From assembly GCA_017499595.2 (NCBI GenBank), contig CM039002.1, positions 1,984,001-2,048,000 on the forward strand: a stretch of DNA of 64,000 nt, read 5' to 3'. Both the position numbers and the translations under genes were made by a program. Source of the stretch: Psilocybe cubensis. Its lineage: Eukaryota. The notes under the pieces were generated by a model. That model was given only the letters and a program-made list of their open reading frames with translations. It did not search any database and was not told the DNA's origin. Numbering within the stretch: the first letter of the stretch is position 1; every line of letters starts with the position of its first letter. Shown in pieces: positions 40,264 to 54,400 of this stretch.

Positions 40264-43200
40264 GGGGGAGGAGTGACGAGCACGTCGTCGTGAGGTGTAG
40301 AAGGTGAGAGAAGGGATCGAGGAGGGAAGAGGAAGAGGAAGAGAATGTATCGAGGTTGGAAGGTTTGAACCTCCGACGACGACGACTTCAACAACGAAAA
40401 AATAATTCCAGTATAGAATCTCAACATCAGCTGGAGGAAGAAGGAGAAGGAAGGAAGGAAGGAGAAGGAGAAGTTTACTTCAGGAGGACAAAGCGGAGGG
40501 ATGGAGGCTCGCTCCTGGACTGTGTATCACCATCAACAACAATTTTTTTCTTCTTTCGAACAAAGTGTCTCTCTCTCTCGTGTAACACCACCAATTCGCC
40601 AAATTCGCCATTCCATTCCAATTCGACATTCGACATTCGACTTTGACTTCAATGCCGACAATCGACGGCCGACGAAACTACGAAAAACTTAAAAATTTGA
40701 CCAACTACTCGGGATGGTTTCATTTTTCGTTACTCGCTGGTTTTCGCTGGTTCGCTTCGACTGCAAGCATCGTTTCATTCGACTTCGACTTCACATCGAC
40801 CACACATTTTTCCCGACATTGGCAACCCTCTCAACAGCAATCATCAACAATACATCTCTATCTCATACAATTTTTTTTCTCTTTTTTCTGTTCAATTTCA
40901 AGCAACGACCGAACAACAACAATTTAGCAATCAGCAATCAGCAATTTGACTCTGACTCAAACTTTGCATTTTTTTTTTGGCATTCCCCTTGTTCAATGCT
41001 CCATCACCCGCCGTCCCATCCATTCATTGCAAGCCTCTTTTGCGACTCGTTTTCCCCACCCATCACTGTCATCTTCCCGCTGCGCACCAATCTACCCATC
41101 CTACACCGACACTGAGCGTATTGATATCATCATAATGCTTATACACGGAGACACCCTGCTTTTCCCCCTTGCAAACATCACTCGCATACACGTACATGCA
41201 TATGCTCTGCTGTCCTCTTGCGCAGAGGCAATTCAATACTACTTGACAGTTCCGTGCCCTACCTCTCACCCTATACTCGACTCGCAGTTGCACACCCTCG
41301 TCCAATCACAACACCACACATATCACACTTGATCGCCGCTTTGTATTATCTCCATCTCAACATCGACTTACTGTGCACACTAATCCCCTGTGCATAACAT
41401 TTCTGGGACCTTACTCTTGGAATGCTATGCGCGTCTCAATTTTGTACGCGCCCAAACAGAGCTTTCGTCGCTCGGTCTTTTTCCTTCCTCTCTCTCTCTC
41501 TGTCTCATTTTCCCTTTTTTTTCTCTCTTTTTTGACTCAACTGGAACTGTTAACTTTTGAAACCATTGGAGACACCTCATGTTGGCATTCTCATTGTCAC
41601 TCTTTTTTTCTTTCTTTTTTTGAACCTGTATTACCACCCATTCTGAAACTCACTGACCCCACACACTCCCTCTGTCCTATATTTTGTGGATTCTGGAAAC
41701 ACATTATTTCTTTTTGTTGAATCCATAACACGCTCCTTTTTGTATCCTCTTCGAACATTTATCATAAACTACCTAACACCTCTTTGCCCCCTTCGACTTT
41801 CCCTTGTCTTCACCTTACTTTTTCATTCGTATTCGCATTCGCGTTTCTGCTGATTCATTACTCACTGTCTTTTCTTTTCTGCGCCCCCATCACATCCTTG
41901 TCGGGCGTCTTTGCCTCCCTCTTGTGGGACTGGCATCGGTCCTCTCATTTTGTCTCACTCACTCACTGTCTTTTTTTTGTCTCTCGGTCTCGGTCTCTCT
42001 CAACACTCACTCATACTGTCTCGTACTGCATCCATACAAACCCCCGGAATCTCTCGCTTTGGACGAGCGTGTAACACCAACAACAACAACATTTCCTCCT
42101 CATCACCATTGTCATCACTATCCCCCCTCAATGATGATAACTACAACACACACCCGCTAGGCTCGGCTTGTCCCTTTTTTCTCTCTTGGAGAACAGAAGA
42201 TAAAGAGCAGTCTAGTCTGCATTTGCATTGATACGGGCAGCTCAGGTTTGCCTTCTAACAACAACCCTTTTTTTCGACTCCTGCGTCACCAGTGAACTCG
42301 TGTTCATCATTCCTCTTCATCCCACTTTTTTTGCCTGTGCTCGTTTTCTGTTTCATTTCTTTTTGAAAATCTTTTGAATTTCGTCTGTGGATTCCATCTT
42401 ATTCGGCGCCGCTCTGTTACCTTTGTGCTGCTGTCGTGTTTGTTTACAATTGAATCCGTACATCAGTCGTGTACTTTTCTGATTTTTTAGTATCTGATTC
42501 TTTTTCTTTTCCGATGTTTCTTTCATTCGGGCTTCTTATTCTCAGCAACCCCGTTTCTTTTTGTAACCCCCCCTTCGCCCTTTTTCCCTCGTTCTCCGTT
42601 CTCCGTTGACGCTGGTGTTGATTGGGTCGTTTCATCCCTCTGGCTAGCTTTCGGTCTGCCTTTATTATATACATTGCTTGACTTTACTTTTTCTTGCTGC
42701 TCTTTTTCTCTTTTCTCTCTCTCTCAATCTCGGTTTTGTGTCTCTCTCTGTCCTCTTTTTCTTTTTTTTTCGCGTACACTGCGTATCTACCGTGTTCCTT
42801 ACATAGTTTCATCTATCAAATTTTCACATAATGGGTTGTGCTAATCTTCCCTTTCTCGAATGTTTTTTTTGGCGTGAGGATAATGTGAGAAGTCTGAATG
42901 TGAATATTGTGTGATGGGCACTGCCCGTATGAATGAGGGAGCAACACGGTTGTTACGGCTCGTGCCAAATCGGAAGGAGGCAGGCACATCCGACGAGCCT
43001 CGAGGGCGTTTCGTGGGTTCATTGTCGTAAGTGTTCATATGCAGAATGTTGTTCCGGGACCAGGTAGGTAATGCGCTGAATAGCTGTCATTTAGTGGGCA
43101 GAACCTTTGAGAATTGATAAAGGCGTATTTTCACGTAAGAATGTATAATGTCTTGATGGTACACTACGCCAGCGGGTGTTAGGGTGGAACAAATATGGAA

Positions 43201-44304
43201 CTCCTGTAATGCATTGTAAATTGCTCGCCAGGGCCAGCAAGATGGCCGACGGTAGTCTACACAGCATCGAGTGTATTCCTCACATAGATTCCACCCATAG
43301 ACACTGGTATGTACGCACTATGCTCAGGTTTGCGCTAAGACGGAATAAAAAATGTGGGTTGTAGATGATTGTCAGTGTCCTCGATGCTGTAGGCCGTGGG
43401 CTCGTGTGCAGTGTAGCGTACGTGCGGCCAACGTGCCCATCCGTGAAGACCCTGAGAAAACGGAGATGCCGTTACTTGGAATGTTGAAAGGCAGTTAAAT
43501 TTGTGAAGGCACGGGCGGAAAGACAGCGCTGGCAAAGATGTTAATTGACGTAACGAATCTGGAAGAAATACGACCATGTGAGGACCCAGCGGGACGTTCA
43601 ATCAAACCAATATATATCGCGCTTCCAGTTCGTCGCCGGGCAGAATTGGCGTGTAGATCCTTGCAAAATTGCTGAGGAATTGTGGATATAAATGATGCTT
43701 GTTATTCTGGGTAGTGGTTCTCGCGGCATAGTGGTGTGGAAATCCTAGAACCCCGCTGTAGGTATTTACTAACCCATATCCATACTGTAAGGAGAATTAG
43801 CCGGATAAATTGGGACGCCACAAGGAGACTGAAGGTTTCGGGAGCTGAGAAGACAGTTGCAGGAATATTGGACCAGCAGAAAGTGCTTGATATGCCGAGT
43901 TACTTGAGAGTGAGTCGTCTAGAAGCATAGTGTGTTGACCAAGAAAATAAGCCTCAGATATGACTCGCGTCTTGTAAAGGCTCAAGGGAAACGAACGGAT
44001 GAAACAGGAAAGAAGAACATATAGTCCGGTCGGAAAGCTTAGCACGGTTGAACACTGTCGGCATTCGTTAGTACGTTGAAAATATCTTTACCAGTTTTGC
44101 AAATATGAATCCAGCGCCGTGAAAGGATGCTTTTATAATGTTTTTCCTCTCGTTTCTATTGCTTTTATTCACGAACTACACCAGTTCTAGTTTCTGACAA
44201 GTCAACGAATGCCATCAGTCAGTCAGTCTATTTAATGGAGAATAACAAGGAAACACACAATATGTCCCAGATCTACTGCAGCTATTCTGGCCTTCCAACC
44301 CTCT

Positions 44305-44623
44305 TCATGCCTCAGCGTGCATCTCAGCAGCTGCTTCAAGGGCCTTTTGCCGCCGTTCTCTAAGTTCTGCGCGCTTCTTGGCAAGTACTTCAGATGACCG
44401 CACGTCCCATTTGTGAGCAAGATATCCAGCAAATCCAAATGCGCCCATTGATATCAAATGTCCTCCGGGGTCTGCAAAGGCATAGTAAGGCTACAGGCTG
44501 ATGAGAAAGTGTTCAATAACAGGACGCACTGGAGTAGAGATTGCGTCCTTGAATGGACAATTGTCCCATTCTCGCCGCAAGGCCAACAAATGAGAAGCCT
44601 ACGACAGTAGAAAGTAGCGGCAT
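44305..44623 (-). CDS. NADH:ubiquinone oxidoreductase small accessory subunit (fungal 14-kDa / NDUFC2-like), 86 aa, 2 exons
   Basis: Exons 44623-44530 and 44471-44305 with a GT-AG intron give MPLLSTVVGFSFVGLAARMGQLSIQGRNLYSNPGGHLISMGAFGFAGYLAHKWDVRSSEVLAKKRAELRERR... Confidence 0.8.
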
Positions 44624-44863
44624 TTTATGGTATAATTAGGGAGGACAACGACGACGACGATGACCGCAACGACCACAGGTTGTTCGGAGATTCGTGGTTC
44701 GGCTGGCCAAGCATGCGTATACAGATAGCACAGCCTCATACGCGATAATATTGACTTGAACACATCTTCAGTACCTTTTCCATTCATTTGACTATTGTAC
44801 TTCTGTTCGTCCATTCCTCTCTGAATCTTAGTCTATCGCCTCATCTATACTCAAATCCATTCA

Positions 44864-45921
44864 ATGGCTGACTCTTTATCTGATGTACCATCAGCGACCG
44901 CCCAGAAAATTGCAATCGCGAAACAAAAGAAAGACGCAGGAGACCAAGCATTCAAACTAGGAAATGTGAAAGATGGTAAGTGCTGTATGATAGCTGAAAT
45001 ACGTTGTTCTGAATATGCCCAACATAGCATTAAAATCTTACCATGAGGTGATCACATTGTGTATCATCCCCTGGCTGTTACATATATCTGACATGTACTT
45101 CTGGTTTAATCAGGCGCTCATGTATCTGTTAGGACTGGATAAGTAAGATGGATTTACAAGTCCAATATATGAGATTAAAGAATGCTCGATCTCTAGGAAT
45201 GCACTGCAGAACATCAGTGGTCCTTCCAGACCCGCCGACCCTGCTTCTTCGGATCCCACTAAAGGCGCAGCAGTGAAAGAAAAGACAGAGGTATAATATA
45301 CCCCAGTCTACCCAGTACACAAAGACTCATGGCATTACTCAATTGTTACTCAAGGTCGACGATATCTTGGAAAAGATCTACGCTAATATGTCTGCCTGCC
45401 ATTTGAAGAACCAGAATTGGAGGAGAGCTGTAGAAACTGCAGACAAGGTCTGTCGCATACCAAACTCTTAAATGTCTGTATTAAATGATTCGTTGTTAGG
45501 CCTTGGCGAAGAATGAAAATAATTACAAGGCAATGTTCCGTAAAGGAAAGGGATTGGGCGAGCAAGGCTTTTTTGAAAAGGCCCTGAAGATCCTAGAAGA
45601 TCTCAAAACAAAGAACCCAACAGGTAAGATTCATCGTCCAACTATCGATGACTCATACTGATGCCTTGATCAGATGGCCCACTTGTTGACCAGGAAATTG
45701 CTAGGTTACGTGCTATCGACGAGGAGCGGGAACGTGTCCACAAAAAGAAAATGAAGGGTGCGTCTACTCATCTCTGCGGTCCTTCTGGAGTATCCCGTAC
45801 ACTAACTTGTCAAAAAGGTTTCCTTAACAAGGCCGAGAAGAAGGGAGAGGCATTATTTAATGACGATGCCGCGATACCCACGGAAAACAAAGGTAGCTTC
45901 ATCGAAGAAGTGTCTGATTAA
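44864..45921 (+). CDS. TPR-repeat protein (TTC9/FKBP-TPR-like), multi-exon
   Basis: AKQKKDAGDQAFKLG..ALKSYHEALMYL; IYANMSACHLKNQNWRRAVETADKAL..NENNYKAMFRKGKGL. Confidence 0.88.
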
Positions 45922-47165
45922 ACGCATCTCCTAGTTATCTTGCGGGGTCTCTTCACTTTCTGTCGCTGTCTTGTTGCTTTGCACCATCTGTATCAATATC
46001 CTGGTCATTTTCATTGACGATTCCATCGCTGGAACAATTCTCCACACCAAATCGGAACTCGTATACCAACTGTAATACAATTACTTCTTCGTACATTCTT
46101 TGGTCACGGTCTCCCAAGCCTGTTAATATTCATTTACTTTGGGATCAAGTCAAGCTGACAACTTCTTTGTTGACAAAGTCGTCCACATTGAAACCTCCTT
46201 CTGGTTGTTTGACAACACCAGCCTTCTCAAGCACGCTGTTGCAAATGCAAAGTTCATTCAGACCCGCCTTGAAGCAAGAAATTGATTGGAGCTTACCTGA
46301 GGGTGTCCGAAATAACCGTTGTGGGTATTTCTGAACAACTCTGAGGATATTTGACGGTTTTTAACCAAGCCTGTTGTATATGACACCTCAGATAAACAGT
46401 ATAGTTTTGGATGCACAGATTCCTACCTCAATATCCTCTCTGGGATACCCGAATTTTTCTTCAATAAACGCCACATTTTTGGTTGATCGTGATTCTTCAG
46501 AGTCGAATCCATTTACGAAAGTTGTTAAACCGTCGAGGAAAGCTTTGGCGTCTGATGATTTGGCCCGCTCTGGGTGTGCGGCAATAAGCCACGATGGCCA
46601 AGGTGTAGGGACTGAACCAATCTGATTTCATTAGCATTAATTTGAAATAACATTTAATCACTTACAAACCGTGCTTCCCCAGCATCGACGAACGGTTTGG
46701 TCGTAAACCACTCCCACATGAATGCACTCGTGGAGCCATCGTTTACAGAGTCAAGCAGACCGCGAATATCATTGTTCACTATTAATTGAATTTATTTAGA
46801 TTATTCCCTGCAAAATACCAGCGTCTTACCTTTAAACTTCAAGTTATCTGTTGGCCACCCTTGTTGGAGCGCCATGACATATGCCATAGTGTAACTCCCG
46901 CTGCGTTGCGGTAAGATTAGCGCATTTCATCATCTTTCACATGAAAATACCTAACCTTCCGTATCTTGAAATACCTATTGTAGTGTCCTGCAGGTCAGAG
47001 ATATTTTTGAACGCCGAATTGGTCCCTGTGATCACTGCCCTGACACACGAATTGTCCAAATATTAGTGTATCTTCTTAACATTAGTCACTCTCGAACATA
47101 CCAGTTTAAAGGGGTTGATACGAAGCTCCCCACTAGTTTGTATGCCTTAGATCCATTGGCTATTC

Positions 47166-47582
47166 TGTGAGATATTCAATACGCAAACGCATCGAGCACT
47201 CGGCGCGCGTACGATAGCCCTGCCCAGGGCATCCACAAACCGCCACAAGTATGTACATCTTATTATCTGTATTATACCTTTTGTTCTGTACATTCTCGGG
47301 CGCTTTCGCCACTATTCCATTTTGGTTTCTCAGTTATTCTACTGTATATACTCCGTGTTTCATAGTTGTTACTATCTATGTACATTAGCTACACGCGCAT
47401 ATAAATGCGCGTGCTTCGTTCTCTCGAACCTCAGTCGTTCTGTTCGAACACGACTGAGGTGAGATTCTATTATTTGTTTCTTATTTACTTCTCACTTACT
47501 TTGTACAAAGCTCGTATTAGGTATTTACTCAATATCAGTCGTTCTGTTCGAACACGACTGAGCTCGTATTAGTTTTCTTACA
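47166..47582 (+). repeat. Copia 5' LTR
   Basis: No difference from 58660-59076 seen by eye. Confidence 0.96.
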
Positions 47583-47594
47583 GGTTATGGGCCC
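47583..47594 (+). promoter_or_regulatory. Copia primer-binding site, half-tRNA-iMet type
   Basis: GGTTATGGGCCC immediately 3' of the LTR, as in Drosophila copia. Confidence 0.8.
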
Positions 47595-50500
47595 CGGCCC
47601 CATTGCTTAAACTTGAATTAAAGCCTTACCTCGTGAATTTCTGTACCTACTGTCAACATGTCTGCTGTAACCACTACTGCCGTGCTCTCGGACACGCTGC
47701 CGTCGTCCATTCCAAAGCTGGATGCTACGGGCGTGAATTGGGCCATCTTCCGGGTCCGTTTCCAGGACGCTGTTGAGGCAAAGGGTCTCTGGGACCACTT
47801 TGACGGCTCGTCGACACGTCCTGAGGTGTCCGACGTGTCTCCTGCTCCTGTGGTTGTACCTGCGACCGCCCCCGAAAGCGCGCCTGCCACCTCTGCCGTG
47901 GTACAAACAACGCCAAAGCCCTCTGCCGAGGACCTTGCCGCACAGCAGAAGTGGGACAAGGACGAGTTGTCGGCGAAGTATCTGCTCACGCAGAAGATTC
48001 CCGACTCGACGCTAATGCGTGTGCACTCGAAGCGATTCGTCCGCGAGCGCTGGGAGGCTATTGTGGCCGAGTATACGGAAAAGGGCGCATATGCGCAGAC
48101 GGATCTTCGAACCCGATTCCTCGAGTCGAAGTGCCCCGACAAGGGCAACGTTCGCGAGTTCCTCGACAACCTGCGAGTGAAACGAGAGGAGCTAGCTTCT
48201 GTCGGTGTTGATATCGACGAAAAAGATTACCGTTCCGTTATCATTTCGTCCCTCCCCATCAACCTGTCCAATTTCGCATCTAACCAACTCGCTTCGGCCC
48301 GTTTGTTTGCCCCGACAAAGACTCTGTCTCCTGACGTCCTTATTTCTCTCATCTCCGAGGAATTCGAGCGTCAGAAGACGCAGCGCAGCCGACGCACGGG
48401 AAAGTCGAAGGACGATGACAAGGACGAGGCCTTGTCCATGGGTGTTGCGTCGTCGAAAGGCAAACCGGCCGGGAAATCGACCTCGAAACGCGACTCGAAG
48501 CCGCGCGGCGCCTGTTATAACTGTGGCGAGAAGGGGCATTTCAAGCGAAACTGCCCGAAGCCGCTGAAAGGCGAGAAGTCGAATGACAACTGGGCAGGCA
48601 ACAAGAAGGCCGGCGACGTACACGCCGTGCTCGAAACGGAGTCTGACAGCGACGGTGTGCATGCTGTGTTCATGGCGACTGTTTCGGAGGCAGACTCTCT
48701 GCCGGATCTCCAGTCTGTGTCGAAGACGGATTCGGAGAGTGAGGGGGAGGCGGATGATGAGGGTGAGGTCGCGTTGATGGACGGCGATGACTTTTCGGAG
48801 GTGGGAAGTGATGCAGGCGACTTTGATGACCCCGCGTGGGACTCTGATGAGTTTGCAGAGCTGTTGGACGACGTCGAGGAGGGTGCGCACGCTATAATCG
48901 ATGAGATTAGTGCGACGCTCGATGCTGCAGCCGCTAATCACGCACCTCGAGTGGAGATCTATGACTCCGGGTCCACTCGCCACATCTCGCCCTACCGTGA
49001 GGACTTCGATACCCTCACGGAAACCTCTCCCCTATCCCTACGTGCTGCAAACAAAGGCGAATTCTGTGCTACGGGGGTTGGATCAATGACTATTGATGTC
49101 CCAGACGGGGTAGATGTCAATAAACTGACACTTACCGAGGTCCTTTACTCGCCGGAGGTAGGGTACACCCTCATTTCCATCGGACGGCTCGACCAGAATG
49201 GCTTTTCAGCCACGTTCGGCAATGGCAAGTGCACCATTACCGGCCCCGAGGGCGAGCGCGTGGGCAGCATCCCCATCAACTCGAAGGGGATGTATCGCGT
49301 GGCACATGAGGCCGACGCAGCCAATGCTGTGGTCGAGCAGATCACGCTCGACCAGTTCCACCGTCGAATGGGCCATATTGCGCCCGAAACGGCGAAGCGC
49401 CTTGTCGAAAAGGGCTTCGTGACTGGTGTTCGTCTTGCCACAGCCTCGAACAACGAGGCCTTCTTTTGCGAATCATGCGTCTATGCAAAAGCGACGCGGC
49501 GGCCGGTGGCGAAGGAACGAGGTGGTGAGCGAGCGGCGGCGTTTGGCGACGAGATCCATTCAGATCTGTGGGGACCTGCACCGGTAGAAACAAAGGGTGG
49601 TAAGCGCTACTACGTCACGTTTACAGATGACGCTACGCGACTCACCCGATTGTACCTGCTCCGTCTCAAATCCGACACCTTCGAAGCCTATCGAGAGTAC
49701 GAGGCTTGGTGCGAGACCCAGTTTGGTGTTCGCATCAAGTGCCTGCACTCAGATAAGGGTGGCGAATATGAAGGGAAGGCATTTGTTGCTCACCTGAAGA
49801 CCCGAGGCACCATTCAGAAACAGACCGTCCACGACACACCGCAGTTTAACGGCGTCGCGGAACGGCGTAACCGCACCATCATCGAGCGTGTGCGTGCGCT
49901 TCTGCATGCCAGTGGCCTTCCGAAATCATTGTGGGGCGAGGCATGTCGTCACGTCGTCTGGTTATTGAACCGCACGTCCACGAAGGCGCTCAAGGGTGTG
50001 ACACCCTACGAGGCCGCATTTGGCAAGAAACCCGACCTCAGCGAGCTGCGCGAGTTCGGCGAAAAGGTGTGGGTGCGACTGGAGACGGATGCTATGAAGC
50101 TGGGTGGGCGGGTGAAGGAGGGACGATGGCTGGGCGTTGACGAGAAATCAAAGGGTGTGAGGGTGTACTGGCCGGATAAAAAGACAGTGACGGTGGAGCG
50201 TAATGTCTATTATGACAAAACACTCTCGTCAGTCTCTCGTCTCGAGGGGGAGGAATGGGAAATAGTCGAGGCGAAGACAGACGGACTCACCGACAACCAG
50301 GCTGCAAATCAGCCTATCGAAACTCCCGCAGAACCTCAGGAAACCCCTACCGCATCCCAAGCAACACCTCGCGTCGAAATCGACCCCGATAACGCCACAG
50401 ACAGTGCCTCAGAGCCCGAGGCACGTCCAAAACGTGCTCGAAAGCCCACCCGACGCATCCGCGACATCCTCGAAGGCGTCGGTGTCGCATCCCATCGCCC

Positions 50501-50952
50501 GAGTGACCCCAGAATCACCAGGGGCATCACGGTACCCTCCACCGAACCTCCTGCTCCCTCGTCTTCACGATCCGTCGATGTTGAGGGGGAGGATGCATCC
50601 CTCCTTGCCGAATACAATGTCGTCGAGTACGACGACGTATATGCACTGGTGGCTGATGTTGCGGAAGCAGAGGCGCTCGAACCACGGTCGTTGTCGGAGG
50701 CGAAAAGGCGCCCCGACTGGTTGCTGTGGAAGGCTGCAATGGATGAGGAAATGGAACTGCTGAAGAAAGCAGGGACGTGGGAGATTGTTGACGCACCTGA
50801 GAACACGAATATTGTCGGTTCGAAATGGGTGTTTCGCGCGAAAAAGGACGCCGCGGGCAATGTCGTACGCTACAAGGCGCGTCTCGTCGCGCAAGGCTTC
50901 TCCCAGGTGCCGGGGTGTCGACTATTTCGACACGTTTGCGCCCGTTTCGCGT

Positions 50953-51402
50953 TGTCAGGGCAACACTATAATCAGTGTGACAAGGCCACCAACAAAGATT
51001 AAGCAAGAAAGAGAAAGAGAGAGCAGAGGGAGAGTAAGAGAGCAAAGAGAGAATAAGAGAGTGAGAGAGATTCAATGGTTCTAAGAGATCACACCAATGA
51101 TAGTGGATATCCTAAGAGATTGAAGCTGAAGCTACAGCTACCTACAAGTCCAGTATTTATACTCTACAGCTATTCTAGAATATTCCCTACATTACATCAT
51201 AAAGGAAGGTTAAAGAATAAAAGTGACATCATATAGAAAAAGGATGAGTAAGACTAGGAATCATATAGAATTTACTAGAAAGAAGTGGAGCAAGAAGGCT
51301 GTGATGAAAGAAATAAACTATCTAATCAGATAATTGATAAGATAATGAAAGGATAAGATAATTCTGTGAAGATAAAGAGGGGAAACTGGAGAAACCCTGA
51401 CA
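50953..51402 (-). repeat. Gypsy 3' LTR
   Basis: No difference from 56896-57345 seen by eye. Confidence 0.96.
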
Positions 51403-54400
51403 TCACCCCCTCTCTAAGGCACATTTTCCACAATGTGCACATGGATGGGTTAGTTTAGAGGGTTTAAGAAGAGGAGGAGGTTCAGTAAAGTTAATAATAG
51501 GAGTGAAAGAAAGTCTATCAAAGGTCACAGCAGAAATCCTTCTAGGTGCTGAAGGATGTTTGGCATGGAAGTCCTTGATAGCCTTAGAAGCATTTTTCAA
51601 ATGCTCTGCAGGCTCCCAAGTGCATTCTTCATTAGGATAGTTCTTCCACTTGACCAAATATTGAAGTTTGTTTCTAAAAAGTCTGCTGTCCTTGATAAAT
51701 TCAACTTCCCACTCAGGATTTTCTCCTTGAATGACAGGAGGTGGTCTAGAAGGAGGCTTTCTTCCTACAATATCTGGGTAATAAGGTAGAAGTTTAACCA
51801 CATTGAACACTGGATGGATTTTCATGGTAGATGGCAGCTTAAGCTCATAGGCATTAGGGCTAATAACTTTGGTAATTTTGTAAGGCCCATATCTTTTATC
51901 ATCCAATTTCTTGGAGGGCCTATCAGTTTTGAGGTCCTTGCCATCTAACCATACCAAATCCCCAACTTTGTACTGAGTTGGAGTACCTCTGTGTCTATTA
52001 TAGAATTTAGCCATATCATCAGCAGCTTTTCTAAGTGCAGACTCTGCTTCTTTTCTGGCTTCTTCCATATTTTTCACAAAGGTATCCACAGTGTCCATTT
52101 TACTATCTCTAAGGGGTTCAGTGCCCATTCTGGGATGTCTGCCATTATTGAGCATGAATGGTGTCTGCCTGGTTGAAGCCTGAACTCTATTGTTATAAGA
52201 GAATTCAGCTAGAGCTAACCATTCAACCCAATCATCTTGTCTATGGTTTATAAAGAGTCTAAGATACTGCTCAATTTCTTGGTTAACTCTTTCAGTCTGA
52301 CCATCAGTTTGGGGATGGTAGGCTGTAGATGAGGCTGTCTGGATACCAAGTATTGAGTTGAGTTCTTTCATAAACCTTGAGACAAACTGTGGACCTCTAT
52401 CACACAGAATTTTAATGGGTAAGCCATGGTGTTTCCAGATATAATCTCTGTATAGTCTGGCTGTCCCTTCAGAAGTGACTTCATCTGTAGTAGGGATAAT
52501 GTGGATCATTTTACTAAGTCTATCCACAACCACCATAATGGCATTATACCCTTGACATTCTGGTAACCCCATAATAAAGTCCACAGAGATGCATTGCCAG
52601 ACATCAGAGGGAATCTCAGTAGGAATTAAAAGGCCAAGAGGTTTGGCTGGAAAGGTTTTGGTTCTGTTGCATCTATCACAACCTCTGGTATAGGCTGCAA
52701 TAAAATGTGACATTCCTGGCCACCAATAATTCCTAGAGACTAGCTCAATTGTCTTCCATTTCCCTGGATGTCCAGCAATGAAGGCATCATGGTGCAGTTC
52801 CACAATCTTTCTTCTAAGATCTTTGTCCTTGGGAACATACACCTTCCCCCTGTAGAGAATAAGGCCTTGTTCTTCTGACCATTCCTGTCCTTCAATCTTC
52901 TTGGTAGAAGATTTCTTGAGCTCCTGAACTGCCTTGACCACCTTTTCATCCATCTCCTTAGCTTCTCTAATCTTCTTAAGAAGATCATTTTCTGCACCAG
53001 TAATGGTAGCATGGCCCTGCTTGAGAGCCTGGATTTTAAAGTAGGAAGGTTTGAGGAGAACTACATTTTGGTTATCATTCTCTCCCTTTTTATGATCTGG
53101 TCTCCTAGACAAAGCATCTGGCTTAAGAGATCTTTTACCAGGCCTATGATGAAGAGTAAAATCAAATCTGGACAGGAAGAGTGACCATCTGGCTTGCCTT
53201 CTGCTGAGCTTTTGGGCAACCATAAAGTACTCTAAGTTTTTGTGGTCTGTCCAAATCTCAAAGGAATGTTGGGTTCCTTCAAGATAATGTCTCCATTCAT
53301 CTAGTGCTCTGATAATAGCCAGCATCTCTTTGTCATGGATCTCATAATTCCTTTCTACTTCAGATAGACTCTTAGACATAAAGGCTACAGGATGCCATTT
53401 CCCATCTGATCCTTCCTGAGATAAAACAGCCCCAGTAGCATAATCTGAACTGTCTGCTTCAACTTTATATGGCTTGTTATCATCAGGGAAAATCAAGACA
53501 GGTGAAGAAGTGACTTTCTTCTTTAACTGGTCAAAGGCTTCCTGCTGTCTAAGACTCCATCTCCAGACTGTTCCTTTCTTTGTCAATTCATGAAGGGGCT
53601 TAGCAATGTCTGCAAAATCCTCTATGAACCTTCTATAAAAATTAACAAATCCCAAGAATGATTGGACATCCTTGACATTTTCAGGTTCAGGCCATTTAGA
53701 AACTCCCTCTACCTTGACAGGATCCATCTCAATCCTGCCTTGTGAAATGATTAGTCCAAGATATTCAATCTTTTCCTTTTCAAATTCACATTTCTCTGCT
53801 TTAAGGTAGAGTTTGTTCTGTTCTAAGATTTGCAGAACTTGCTTGACTACCTCTCTATGATGATCAAGAGTCTCAGTGAAAATTAAAATGTCATCCATGT
53901 AGACAATGACAACATTTCCATCAATGAGCTCAATAAAGATATCATTCATCATAGTTTGGAAGGTAGCAGGACTATTGGTTAAACCAAAGAACATGACCAA
54001 TGGTTCAAACAGCCCTCTATTGGTTCTAAAGGCTGCTTTCCATTCATCTCCCTTTTTGATTCTGACATTGTTAAATCCCCACCTAACATCAAGTTTGGTG
54101 AAGTATTTGGCTTTGCTGAGTTTGGTGATGATGTCAGAAATCAATGGAAGGGGGTAGGAGTTCTTGATGGTCATTTCATTCAGTTTCCTATAGTCCTGGA
54201 CAAGCCTAAGAGATCCATCCTTCTTCTTGACAAAGAATACAGGGGAGGCCATAGGTGACTTGGAGGGTCTAATCCTGCCAGACTTCAGATTTTCCTCTAA
54301 AAAGGCATCAAGTTCCTTTTGTTCATTGGGAGAAAGAGGATAAATCTTGGATCTGTAAGGTTCAGAACCAGGTTTCAGCTCAATAGCATGATCCCAAGGC

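Noticed and set aside
40300-42800. Many short Phe/Ser/Leu-rich ORFs
   Set aside because: Pyrimidine-rich low-complexity sequence after a stop codon, consistent with a long 3' UTR or intergenic DNA.
43000-44200. Possible small spliced gene or ncRNA
   Set aside because: Some splice-like signals are present, but I could not build a coherent model or recognise a motif.
50913-51002. C-terminus of the 1114-aa ORF as the real end of the Copia protein
   Set aside because: It results from the extra G and read-through into the Gypsy LTR; RT continues at 57351.
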